Positions 9,423 through 19,106 of a stretch of 64,000 bases of DNA are shown here, piece by piece. Origin of the DNA: an uncultured Acidobacteriota bacterium (GTDB lineage: Bacteria > Acidobacteriota > Blastocatellia > RBC074); contig CAWCKY010000006.1 of assembly GCA_963796275.1 (NCBI GenBank), positions 288,001 through 352,000 on the forward strand. Reading direction: 5' to 3'. The notes beneath the pieces were generated by a model that saw nothing but the letters and a program-made list of their open reading frames with translations, did not search any database and was not told the origin of the DNA. How positions within the stretch are numbered: position 1 is the stretch's first letter; each line of letters starts with the position of its first letter. The translations under genes and the position numbers were made by a program.

Positions 9423-11916
9423 ATGGCGATCGCGGACGATGGCGAATTATACCAGCCGGAAGAGGGCTTAACGCCCGCGATGGCGATTCAAAAGAGATGG
9501 AGCCAGTCTCCGCGACCGCAAGCAGATAAGGCATGCTATGAAGCAACAATTACATCAGATGCTCCAATCACGGCAACAGAAGAGGTCTCCTGATGAGGTC
9601 AGAGCAATCGCAAGAGAGGCGATGATATTCGCCTACGCGATGCTGTACAACTATAAGACAATGTATGCGCACACGCAGGACTATCTGTCTACTGCGTACA
9701 CGGGCGGCTTCAACCGCTTCCGCCACTACGCGCACGCATACACGCCGGCAAACACCGATATCCCCACGCCGAACATCGACACTTCATATTCCTGGGCGTG
9801 GCTAGATGTACGACTTGAGCCGGTAGTGTTGCGTGTGCCAGCCGTCACGCGCGACCGCTATATTGTGTTTCAGCTCTTCGACCTCTTCACTTATAACTTC
9901 GCATACATCGGCGTCCGGTCTACCGGGTACGATGCGGGTAACTATTTAATCGCGGGGCCGAAGTGGAACGGAGCAACTCCGGAAGGAATCGGACGAGTCA
10001 TACGGTCCGAGACCGAAATAATCGGCATGCTGGTCCGCACTTCGCTCAACGGCGCGTCAGACCTCCCAAACGTCCGGGCGCTGCAGATGAGTTACATCAT
10101 TCAGCCACTTTCTGAATTCGCCGCCGCCGTTCCTCCGCAGCCTGCACCGGCCATCAGTTTCCCGGAATGGGATGAGAGGCTCGCGCTATCTGGTGCGTTC
10201 ATCGGGTATCTGAATTTCCTGCTCCAATTCGTCTCTCCACACCCATCCGAGGCTGAGTTGTATTGCCGCTTTGCTCGCATTGGCATTGACCCGGGGCGCC
10301 CGTTCCGGCCGGCCGAGACGCCGGCTGAGGTGCTAAACGCAATCGAAGAGGGCGCTGCAGCGGGTCTTAGGGAGATAGACGAGGAGAGCGCGCGGACGAC
10401 GAGTTCACGTGAACTATTCGGCACGCGCGAGTTTCTACAGAATAATTACCTGAGGCGCGCGGTGGCCGCAAAATTGGGCATCTACGGCAACTCTATCGAG
10501 GAGGCGGTCTATGGGCGAGCGCATGCCGACGCCGATGGCAATTTGCTTTCCGGCGCCAATCGCTATGTCTGGCGCTTCGAGCGCCACCAGATACCGCCAG
10601 TTAACTTCTTCTGGTCGGCTACGATGTACCGGCTGCCGGAGCGCTTTCTGATAGCGAACCCGATTGACCGCTATTCGATTGGCGACCGCACGCCGGGACT
10701 CGTATATGGCGCGGATGGGTCGCTTGAGATCTGCCTGCAGCAAGACGATCCGGATGACAACGCGCAGCGCGCAAATTGGCTTCCCACACCGGCCGGACCT
10801 TTCGAAGTCATCGTTCGGCTGTACGGGCCGAAAAACGCGGTATTGTCGGGCAGATGGAAATTGCCGCCTGTTCGCGTGATGGGGACAGAGTCGCCATATC
10901 GACCATACGGGCGAATAGTAATGAGCGAGCCCTTTTCAGAGACGAGAAGCGCAACGATGCCCGATGATCTGCTCGTTTCGTGGAATGACGGTGCAACCAA
11001 GCGCGCCATTATGGATTTTATCGCGCGCGTTACCAGGGAAGGTTCGCCGGATTATGTCCCGCCAGATGCGCGTATCGCGGTCTTTGACAACGACGGCACG
11101 CTTTGGTGCGAAAAGCCGATACCCATCGAGTTCTGCTTCATCTTGCAAAGGCTGGCCGCCATGGCCGATCAGGACGCCAGCTTGCGCAATCGGCAACCAT
11201 GGAAGGCCTCCTTCGACAAAGACTTCGCCTGGCTGAACAATGCTATTACCATGCACAATCGCGGCGACGACAGCGACTTGAAACTTCTCGTCAGTGCTAT
11301 CCTGAGCGCCTTCGCAGGCCAAACTGTCGAAGCGTACGAGGCTGCCGCCCATATTTTCCTGCATAGCGTACGGCATCCGTCTCTCGGATGTCTCTTCCGT
11401 GACTGTAGCTATCTGCCGATGATCGAGCTGGTGCGATATCTGGAGGCGAATGCCTTTTCTACATTCGTCACTTCCGGCGGCGATCGAGACTTCATGAAGA
11501 CACTGATACCTGATATCTACGGCATTCCCGCTGAACGCGTCCTCGGGAACTCCAGCGTGCTGCGTTTCCACAAAGGCAAGCGCGCCAACTCCGCCGTATT
11601 TCGACAGGAATCGGTCATTTTCGACGACGGCCCCGCCAATCCGGTGCGCATCTGGAGCCGGATCGGTCGCCGCCCGATTCTTGCCGTGGGGAATGCGAAC
11701 GGCGACATTCCTATGCTGTCTTTCTGTGCGCATCCGCCCGGACCTTCCCTGAGTCTGCTGGTCAATCATGACGACGAGAACCGGGAATTTGCATACCTGG
11801 CCGGAGCCGAAAAATCGCACGAACGCTCCCGCAGGGATGGGTGGACCGAGGTCAGCATCAAAAACGATTGGAAGACTGTTTTTTCAAATATCGCTTATAA
11901 AAAGGTGAGTGTCTGA
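9423..11916 (+). CDS. DUF1254/DUF1214 domains fused to a HAD-family hydrolase; probable frameshift near 9590
   Basis: Main ORF 9538-11916 has TPNIDTSYSWAWLD and PPVNFFWSATMY...NPIDRYSIGDR, then AVFDNDGTLW and AVGNANGD HAD motifs. The best RBS (GGAGA) precedes ATG 9423 in another frame ending ...TEEVS at 9593. Confidence 0.8.
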
Positions 11917-12201
11917 TCGCATATTTTCGATCGCTGAAGCGCTCAGATATGAGTCAAAAACTGGCAGTATGCCGCGGCTTCCCGCGCATCGGTTACCCGT
12001 GCTAACATCATGCACTCCCAAATTTTACTCTTGCATTATCACCCGGCGAACAACCTACCACCCGGTCTGGATAGTCAGTCCTATGGCCTCCGAGATGAAC
12101 CGGAGGAGCGTCATGGGTCAGGCAAATAGGAAGGACGGCGTCCGTACAACCACACTGATGAACGTCCGATTAGTCATAAGGTCAAAAGTTATTAGACTAA
12201 A

Positions 12202-13818
12202 ATGCGGATGAGGATATCTATACCCCTTGCCCGAACTCCGAGCCCAATCCACAAACTGGCGATGTATGGTCTAGCGCTTATTGTGAGTATATCGATGATC
12301 AGCGGTTGCTCCCGACAGGCGAAGCCGGATAGCGGAGCCGGTCCAGAGGGAGAGGGCGGAGCGCTCACACCAGCTGCTGAAAGTAGCAACATCGTCCCGG
12401 TCGTAGACCTCATCCCCGAGGAGTTACAAAAGGTCAAAAATCCTTGGACCGGCGATCTCAACGAACTGGGCGAACGGAGATACATCCGAGCGCTCGTCGT
12501 CGTCAATGATACGTCATACTTCGTCGATCGTGGTGTGCAACGCGGCTATGCCTTCGCATCGCTCGTCGAATTCGAGAAATCGCTGCGTCCGCAAGCCACC
12601 AGGCGACATATCACGACAAAGATAGCCATCATCCCGACGACCCGTGATCGCTTACTGCCGGCCCTGGCGGCCGGTTATGGTGACATCGCAATCGGCAATC
12701 TGACTATCACTCCGGAGCGAGAGGAGCTCGTAGACTTCTCTGACCCCATCCTCGATAACGTCAAGGAGCTGGTTGTGAGCGGGCCGTCAGCCCCGGCCAT
12801 TTCGAGTATCGATGAATTGTCGGGGAAAGAGGTGCAGGTGCGCGCATCGAGCAGTTATCACGAGAGCCTCAAATCGCTCAACCAGCGCTTCCACAGCTCG
12901 GGCAAAGCGCCGGTCAAAATCCGCTTGGCCGATGAACTGCTCGAAGACGAAGACATTATGGAGATGGTTGATGCCGGGATTATCCCGATAACAGTCATTG
13001 ACAGTCACATCGCCAAGTTCTGGAACCAGATTTATGACAGCGTCAAGGTGCACGAAGACCTGGCGTTGCGAGAGGGGGGGCGCATCGCCTGGGCATTGCG
13101 GAAAAACACACCCGAATTCAAGCGTGTAATTAATGACTTTGTCAGTACGCGCCGTGCCGGCACGCTATTCGGCAATATCATGCTGGAGCGCTACCTCGGC
13201 AATGCCGATCGCTTGAGGAACCCAATTGCGCAGGAGGGGATGCAGCGATTCTACGATCTTGCCGGCTTTTTCCGTAAGTATGGAAACAAATACGATTTGC
13301 CCTGGCTTCTGATCGCGGCGCTGGGCTATCAGGAGTCCAGACTTGACCAGAGCAAGCGGAGCCCAGCTGGAGCGATCGGGATCTTGCAGATCAAGCCCTC
13401 GACTGCCGCCGATCCCAATGTCGGTATCCCCGACATCCATCAGAAGGAGAACAACATTCATGCCGGCGTCAGGTACTTGCGGTTCGTCATCGACCGGTAT
13501 TTCCAGGATGAACAAATGGATCGTTTAAATAAAGGTCTTTTTGCCCTCGCTTCATATAATGCCGGGCCCGCGCGCGTCGCCGGGATGAGGCGGAGAGCGG
13601 AAGCAGCGGGGCTGGATCCGAATTTATGGTTCAATAACGTCGAGTTCGTAGCCGCGCGCGAGATCGGGCGGGAGACCGTCTACTATGTGAGTAACATTTA
13701 TAAGTACTACATAGCATATCGCGGGGTGGTAGAAGTAGGCGATCGGCGCGCCAAGCGGCGCGGGCAGGCTGGACTGTCGCGGGGCGCACGATCTACCCCA
13801 CGACGAGCTGAGAGGTAG
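12202..13818 (+). CDS. MltF-like lytic transglycosylase (substrate-binding domain + SLT domain), likely lipoprotein
   Basis: SBP family 3-like N-domain (GDIAIGNLTITPER), SLT motifs YQESRL, GAIGILQI, ASYNAGP, ETVYYV; ISGC lipobox. Confidence 0.87.
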   Translation: MRMRISIPLARTPSPIHKLAMYGLALIVSISMISGCSRQAKPDSGAGPEGEGGALTPAAESSNIVPVVDLIPEELQKVKNPWTGDLNELGERRYIRALVVVNDTSYFVDRGVQRGYAFASLVEFEKSLRPQATRRHITTKIAIIPTTRDRLLPALAAGYGDIAIGNLTITPEREELVDFSDPILDNVKELVVSGPSAPAISSIDELSGKEVQVRASSSYHESLKSLNQRFHSSGKAPVKIRLADELLEDEDIMEMVDAGIIPITVIDSHIAKFWNQIYDSVKVHEDLALREGGRIAWALRKNTPEFKRVINDFVSTRRAGTLFGNIMLERYLGNADRLRNPIAQEGMQRFYDLAGFFRKYGNKYDLPWLLIAALGYQESRLDQSKRSPAGAIGILQIKPSTAADPNVGIPDIHQKENNIHAGVRYLRFVIDRYFQDEQMDRLNKGLFALASYNAGPARVAGMRRRAEAAGLDPNLWFNNVEFVAAREIGRETVYYVSNIYKYYIAYRGVVEVGDRRAKRRGQAGLSRGARSTPRRAER

Positions 13819-13846
13819 CTCTTTTGCCGGTTCGAGATGAAATTCG

Positions 13847-15220
13847 ATGGTTACCATTATCTCGAAAATGACCGCACTAACTCTGTTATTTATTCTTCTG
13901 CCCTTATTGAGCAGGGGTGGGATAGCACGCGCTGATGTTGCTTATACACCCGCGATTATAAAAAGTAATAATAACAATCGCATAGGCGCAGAGCCGCAAT
14001 ACGATGATAAATTTCTTCTTGATAGCACCGCCCGTTCCGAGGGGCTGGGACTCTGGGATCTGTACAGATGGTATGTCGTCGGCGCGGTTTCGTTCATTAT
14101 GATTCAGACTGGGATTATTTGCGGGTTACTTGGAGAGCGCCGCAGGCTACGGCGCGCAGAAGAGGGGCGTCTCCAATTAGCCGCTTTAGTCGAGTCTTCC
14201 AGGGATGCCATCATCGGTACATCCCTGGACGGGCGAATCCTGAGCTGGAATCTGGGCGGTGAGCTGATGTACGGCTACACGGTCGCCGAAATGTTGGGTC
14301 GTAAGGCTTCGGTCATCGTCCCTCCCGATCGCATGGAAGAGAGCGCCGAGAACATAAGGAAACTCAGGAGCGGGGAACACATCGAAAATTTCGAGACCGT
14401 GCGGATCAAGAAAGACGGCACTCGCATCGACGTTTCTCTGAGCGCCTCGCCCATTCAAGATATGGGGGGGCGAGTCATCGCAGTTGCGACGATCGCGCGC
14501 GACATTACGGAGCGCAAGCGGTCTGAACAGGAATTACATCGATTAACGGCTCGCCTGCTAAACTTGCAGGATGAAGAGCGGCGGCGGCTCGCGCTGGAGC
14601 TTCATGATGTCACAGCGCAGAATCTGTTTGCGATCAATATGAACCTGTCGCGCCTGCAGCGGGGGCGCGTGGAACCGTCCGAAGCGCGGGAGATATTAGC
14701 CGAATCGAGGAAGCTCGGCCACCAGTCACTGCAGGAGATTCGCACCCTCTCTTACCTACTTCATCCGCCGATGCTCGATCAGGCTGGATTAGTCGGCGCT
14801 TTGAAATGGTATGTCGACGGGTTCATCAAGCGCAGCGGGATCAGCGTCGAGGTGCTTACGATCCACGAGATCGGACGTATGCCGGCTGAGATTGAAATTG
14901 CACTATTCCGCATCGTCCAGGAGAGCCTGACCAATATCAGGCGTCACTCCGGCAGCTGCTCGGCCAACATCAGGCTGGAGAAAGACAATGATCAGGTGAT
15001 TTTGCAGATCAGAGACCATGGTCGCGGGGCACCGTCGAATATCCCATTAACAGAGCCGGACGGATCCGAGTCGCTGGGGGTTGGTTTACCTGGAATGCGT
15101 CAGCGGCTCCACCAGGTCGGCGGAAGTCTACTAATAGAGTCGAGCAATAGCGGAGTGGTAGTAACCGCCATAGTGCCTATAACGAACGGAGTTAACCATG
15201 ATCCGCATCTTGCTGGCTGA
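13847..15220 (+). CDS. PAS-domain sensor histidine kinase (HisKA_3/NarX-like)
   Basis: PAS (SRDAIIGTSLDGRILSWN), ERRRLALELHD H-box, FRIVQESLTNIRRH, DHGRG, GVGLPGMRQR. Confidence 0.93.
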   Translation: MVTIISKMTALTLLFILLPLLSRGGIARADVAYTPAIIKSNNNNRIGAEPQYDDKFLLDSTARSEGLGLWDLYRWYVVGAVSFIMIQTGIICGLLGERRRLRRAEEGRLQLAALVESSRDAIIGTSLDGRILSWNLGGELMYGYTVAEMLGRKASVIVPPDRMEESAENIRKLRSGEHIENFETVRIKKDGTRIDVSLSASPIQDMGGRVIAVATIARDITERKRSEQELHRLTARLLNLQDEERRRLALELHDVTAQNLFAINMNLSRLQRGRVEPSEAREILAESRKLGHQSLQEIRTLSYLLHPPMLDQAGLVGALKWYVDGFIKRSGISVEVLTIHEIGRMPAEIEIALFRIVQESLTNIRRHSGSCSANIRLEKDNDQVILQIRDHGRGAPSNIPLTEPDGSESLGVGLPGMRQRLHQVGGSLLIESSNSGVVVTAIVPITNGVNHDPHLAG

Positions 15221-15827
15221 CGATCACAACGTAGTACGTAAAGGACTGCGAGGTACTTTAGAGCAGTACGATGACTGGAATGTTTGCGGAGAGGCGTCTA
15301 ACGGGCGCGAAGCCGTCAAGCTCGCCCTGGAGTTGAAACCGGATATCGTTGTGCTGGATCTTACTATGCCCGAATTGAATGGGATCGAGGCGACGCGGCA
15401 GATCAAAAAGTCTCTGCCGCAGACGGAAATATTGATCTTCACGATGCACGAGACCGAGGAGATGATCCTCCGCGCGTTCGAGGCAGGAGCGCGAGGTTTC
15501 GTCCTCAAGTCTGATGACGAACTCGAACTCGTCGAGGCCATCAAGGTAATCTCGCGACATAAGACCTTCTTCACCACTACGGCATCCGAAGCCCTCCTTG
15601 ATAATCTCCTCAGACCTTCCTTGAGAGATTCGGTTTTGACAGATAGGGAGCGTGAAGTCGTCCAACTGCTGGCTGAGGGGAAAGCCAATAAGGAAGTGGC
15701 TGCCGCGCTGGACATCAGCGTAAAGACGGTCGAGACACACCGCGCCACGATCATGCGTAAACTCGAGCTTGATTCGATTGCGGACCTCGTCCGTTATGCT
15801 ATCCGTAACGGATTGATCGATCCCTAA
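15198..15827 (+). CDS. NarL/FixJ-family response regulator
   Basis: LADDH, LDLTMPELNG receiver; LTDREREVVQLLAEGKANKEVA...KTVETHR LuxR HTH. Confidence 0.95.
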   Translation: MIRILLADDHNVVRKGLRGTLEQYDDWNVCGEASNGREAVKLALELKPDIVVLDLTMPELNGIEATRQIKKSLPQTEILIFTMHETEEMILRAFEAGARGFVLKSDDELELVEAIKVISRHKTFFTTTASEALLDNLLRPSLRDSVLTDREREVVQLLAEGKANKEVAAALDISVKTVETHRATIMRKLELDSIADLVRYAIRNGLIDP

Positions 15828-15858
15828 CTGCGAATGACGATCATTGTAATTAGGTTCT

Positions 15859-17823
15859 ATGACCAAACAAACATTTTCAGTTGCGTGTGTTCACTGTATA
15901 AGACGCCAAATCTCCTTGATTGTGATGGTCTGCGTTCTGCTCTTAATCACGCCCGGTTTTTCCGCCTCGGCACAGTCAACCAATCAGAGAACCGAAACTC
16001 AGGAACAAGACATTCAGTTCGGGGGCACCTATGCCAACCTCAAACCCGAACAGCGGCGTTTGGTTGACGAGTGGTTCCGGCAATACAACGAGATCACAAA
16101 ACAGAATCTGAAGCCGGCGGAAGAATACGATGGTCTTTCGCTTTCGACCAGGACGACCTTCGAAGCCGTGACGCACGCATTATTGACGTCCAAGCTGACT
16201 GACCCGAGCGGCCGCTCGCTAGGCACGGCGATCGACCTGGTCGCATACGTGGAGACCGTTCACGGCAAGATCCCACAGACCCGCGGCGACCTCCAGTTCC
16301 GCATCTACGCTGCGCTGAAGCCGACGGCCGTGGAGGTGCTGGAGGCTTCGCGCGAGTTCAGGCGCGGCCGTGACAACACCGTCTTTCACAGAGGCTATCC
16401 GGTCAATTACCGCCAGGAGGGTGGAGCGCCGAGCATCCAATTCTCCATTTCGCCCGACGGCAAGCGCACGGACATCGACGTCGACTACCGCTCGTCGAAG
16501 TTCCCGGCGGCGATTGTCAACGGCCATCTGACGGCCTCGAACTCCGATGTACGGGCCGGAAACAATCACGACAGGCACGTCAATCGGTGGACCGGATTCG
16601 GCAACTGGTGGAGGAGCATCTTCGGCATACGGCTCAAAGAAGCCGACCTCAAGGATGACGAAGCCAGGGAAGTGCGGTACGGCATCCCGAGATTCCCGCG
16701 CGCCGGCAGAGGCAAGATTGAGGAGGCGGTTTTTGATTTCCTCAACTCCTGGTTGGTCGAGCAGCAGCCCAACCAGGCGGTTGCTTACATCTCGCCGAGA
16801 GCTTTCTCCTGCATCGATCAGGTGGCGAGCGATGAACAAAAGAAGATGAATCCGGGCCTCGTCCCCTTCTACATCCTGGAGGGGATGAAGAAAATCAACC
16901 GCACTCTCGGCAGACCGGCGAAGTTGGGCGAAGTCACAGAGAGCGTACGCCCGAGTGAGCCGGCGCTGAGGCCTATCAGAAATCCGCACCGCGCGGAGTT
17001 CGATCTGTTCGAGACGCCGGAGGACATAGCCTTCGAATTCGAGTGCGCCAACCGGAACAGGCTACCGGGCGAGACTGAGAAGGTAAAGCCGGAAAGGCGG
17101 TATGGCAGTTTCGCCGGTGCGTCATTGCGGCTGAAATTGCCGCAGGCGAAGGGCGACCGGCTGCTGATCCTCTGGACGAAGGAGTCCGGTTACTGGAAGA
17201 TCATCTCCTGGAGCATCGAGCCGGATCAGCTCGCGGGCAAGGAGGCGCCGGAGGCAGTTCAGGCGGCTGCGGCGGAGACGAAACTCGAGCGCGTGGCAGG
17301 CGACCCGGGCATGATTGCCGCCGCTGCGGGCTTCTTCGACGCATGGTTCGTCGAACAGAACTTCGATCAGGCGATGGGATATGTTTCAGAACAGTGCTAT
17401 CCATGTATCAATCTCTACCTCGACGAGGGAGTGAAAAAAGTGCGGAATTGGAAGGAGGGGCGGCAGAAACTACGCGAGGGGATGAGGAATATAGCTAAAA
17501 AGATCGGCCGAAAGGATGATGTGTCGAATGCGATCGAGCGCATTGTTCCTGCGCATCCTGCATTAAAGATCGTCACGCACGCACAGGAGCAAGCTTATAC
17601 GCTAGTCAGTGTGCCGGACGAAATAGCTAGAGACTTCAAATGCCCGAGTCAGGCGCAGGGGGGGAAGATCGCGCAACAAACCGAAGGGACTGCGGTCTAC
17701 GGCAACTACTACGGCACGATCTTCGAGTTGAAAGTCGACGGTACGCCGGCTGCCCTGTACTTGCTCTGGGGCAGGGAAAAAGATCAGTGGAAGATCATCG
17801 CTTATTCGATTGAGGTCCCATAG
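15859..17823 (+). CDS. Secreted hypothetical protein with a duplicated C-terminal domain
   Basis: 654-aa ORF with signal peptide (ASA-Q); FLNSWLVEQ...WKIISWSIE recurs as FFDAWFVEQ...WKIIAYSIE. Confidence 0.8.
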   Translation: MTKQTFSVACVHCIRRQISLIVMVCVLLLITPGFSASAQSTNQRTETQEQDIQFGGTYANLKPEQRRLVDEWFRQYNEITKQNLKPAEEYDGLSLSTRTTFEAVTHALLTSKLTDPSGRSLGTAIDLVAYVETVHGKIPQTRGDLQFRIYAALKPTAVEVLEASREFRRGRDNTVFHRGYPVNYRQEGGAPSIQFSISPDGKRTDIDVDYRSSKFPAAIVNGHLTASNSDVRAGNNHDRHVNRWTGFGNWWRSIFGIRLKEADLKDDEAREVRYGIPRFPRAGRGKIEEAVFDFLNSWLVEQQPNQAVAYISPRAFSCIDQVASDEQKKMNPGLVPFYILEGMKKINRTLGRPAKLGEVTESVRPSEPALRPIRNPHRAEFDLFETPEDIAFEFECANRNRLPGETEKVKPERRYGSFAGASLRLKLPQAKGDRLLILWTKESGYWKIISWSIEPDQLAGKEAPEAVQAAAAETKLERVAGDPGMIAAAAGFFDAWFVEQNFDQAMGYVSEQCYPCINLYLDEGVKKVRNWKEGRQKLREGMRNIAKKIGRKDDVSNAIERIVPAHPALKIVTHAQEQAYTLVSVPDEIARDFKCPSQAQGGKIAQQTEGTAVYGNYYGTIFELKVDGTPAALYLLWGREKDQWKIIAYSIEVP

Positions 17824-17935
17824 CGGAACCTGCACTCGCGTTTCCACCCTCCGGGGATTGCCTTTGGCGATTATTGTTCTTCGTCACGAAGTGGGGCGAT
17901 GGACCTTAGCTGTTGGTGGTGCGTAGCGGAACCAC

Positions 17936-18741
17936 GGTAACTGAGCGCCCTCATCATCGCAACCGCAGGATCAATGGCATTGAGCTAACATAATTTCGCA
18001 TTGAGGCTAACACAGGTTTTTCATTGATGCTCATCTGGACTCGTATGTGACGCACGAACCGGGTTCTCATTGACGTATAGCTGTTCCCATCAGTGATCAC
18101 CATGCGGCGCACCAACTCGATTTTTCGTACTGAAACAATGTGATATACAAAGCAGTGTATGTGTTTGCTATGCCATAAGCCGTTCATCAAATATTCAAGC
18201 GTCGCTGACGCGACGCGACTTTTATCTCCATACTACCGTGGGTTAAAACCCACGGCTACAATCAATCGCCGCTAACGCGGCGAAGAATATTTTTCATTCC
18301 ATCGTACCACGTGGGTTAAAACCTGGTTAAAACATAAGGGTACAATCAATCGCCGCTAACGCGGCGAAGAATATTTTTCATTCCATCGTATAAAACCTGG
18401 TTGAAACCCACAGCAAAATTTCACGCGGTCGCTAGGCGGCGAAAGAAAATGTGCCTTGTGTGGAAGTATCTGGGCAATGATCTCTCGCGATTTGCGATCA
18501 TTGCGTTTCGCCCTCGTAAGGGCGGTGGATAATAGCCGTTGGTGGAGCATAGGCGAAACCACCGGTAACTGAGAGCCCTCATCATCGCAACCGCAGGATC
18601 AATGGCATTGAACTAACATAATTTCGCATTGTGGCTTACGCAGGCTTTTCATCGATGCTCATCTGGACTCGCATGTGACGCATGAACCGGGTTCTCATTG
18701 ACGGTTAGCCGTTCCCATCAATGGTCACCATGCGGCGCACC
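17936..18741. repeat. Direct duplication of a ~180-bp block (17936-18112 and 18564-18741)
   Basis: GGTAACTGAG.GCCCTCATCATCGCAACCGCAGGATCAATGGCATTGA...CATGCGGCGCACC occurs twice with few differences. Confidence 0.85.
18112..18445 (-). repeat. Copy of the tnpA 5' end plus a short GTAG-REP array
   Basis: 18112-18290 is near-identical to 20924-21100, followed by 2-3 REP units. Confidence 0.85.
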
Positions 18742-19068
18742 GATGCACACCTATCTTCGCCGGTTATGGGCTGGCATTGATGCACAAACCGGATTCTCAT
18801 TGACGGTTAGCCGTTCCCATCAATGGTCACCGTGCGGCGCACCGATGCACACTTATCTTCGCCGGTTATGGGCTGGCATTGATGCACAAACCGGATTCTC
18901 ATTGACGGTTAGCCGTTCCCATCAATGATCACCGTGCGGCGCACCGATGCACACCTATCTTCGCCGGTTATGGGCTCGCATTGATGCACAAACCGGATTC
19001 TCATTGACGGTTAGCCGTTCCCATCAATGATCACCGTGCGGCGCACCGATGCACCACCTATCTTCGCC
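18686..19068. repeat. 102-bp tandem repeat, about 3.7 copies
   Basis: TTCTCATTGACGGTTAGCCGTTCCCATCAATG recurs at about 18692, 18794, 18896 and 18998. Confidence 0.93.
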
Positions 19069-19106
19069 GCGTTAGCGGCGGTTGATTGTAGCCGTGGGTT
19101 TCAACC

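Noticed and set aside
18698-18928. 76-aa repeat protein
   Set aside because: By-product of the 102-bp repeat; no RBS, and the frame is broken in later copies.
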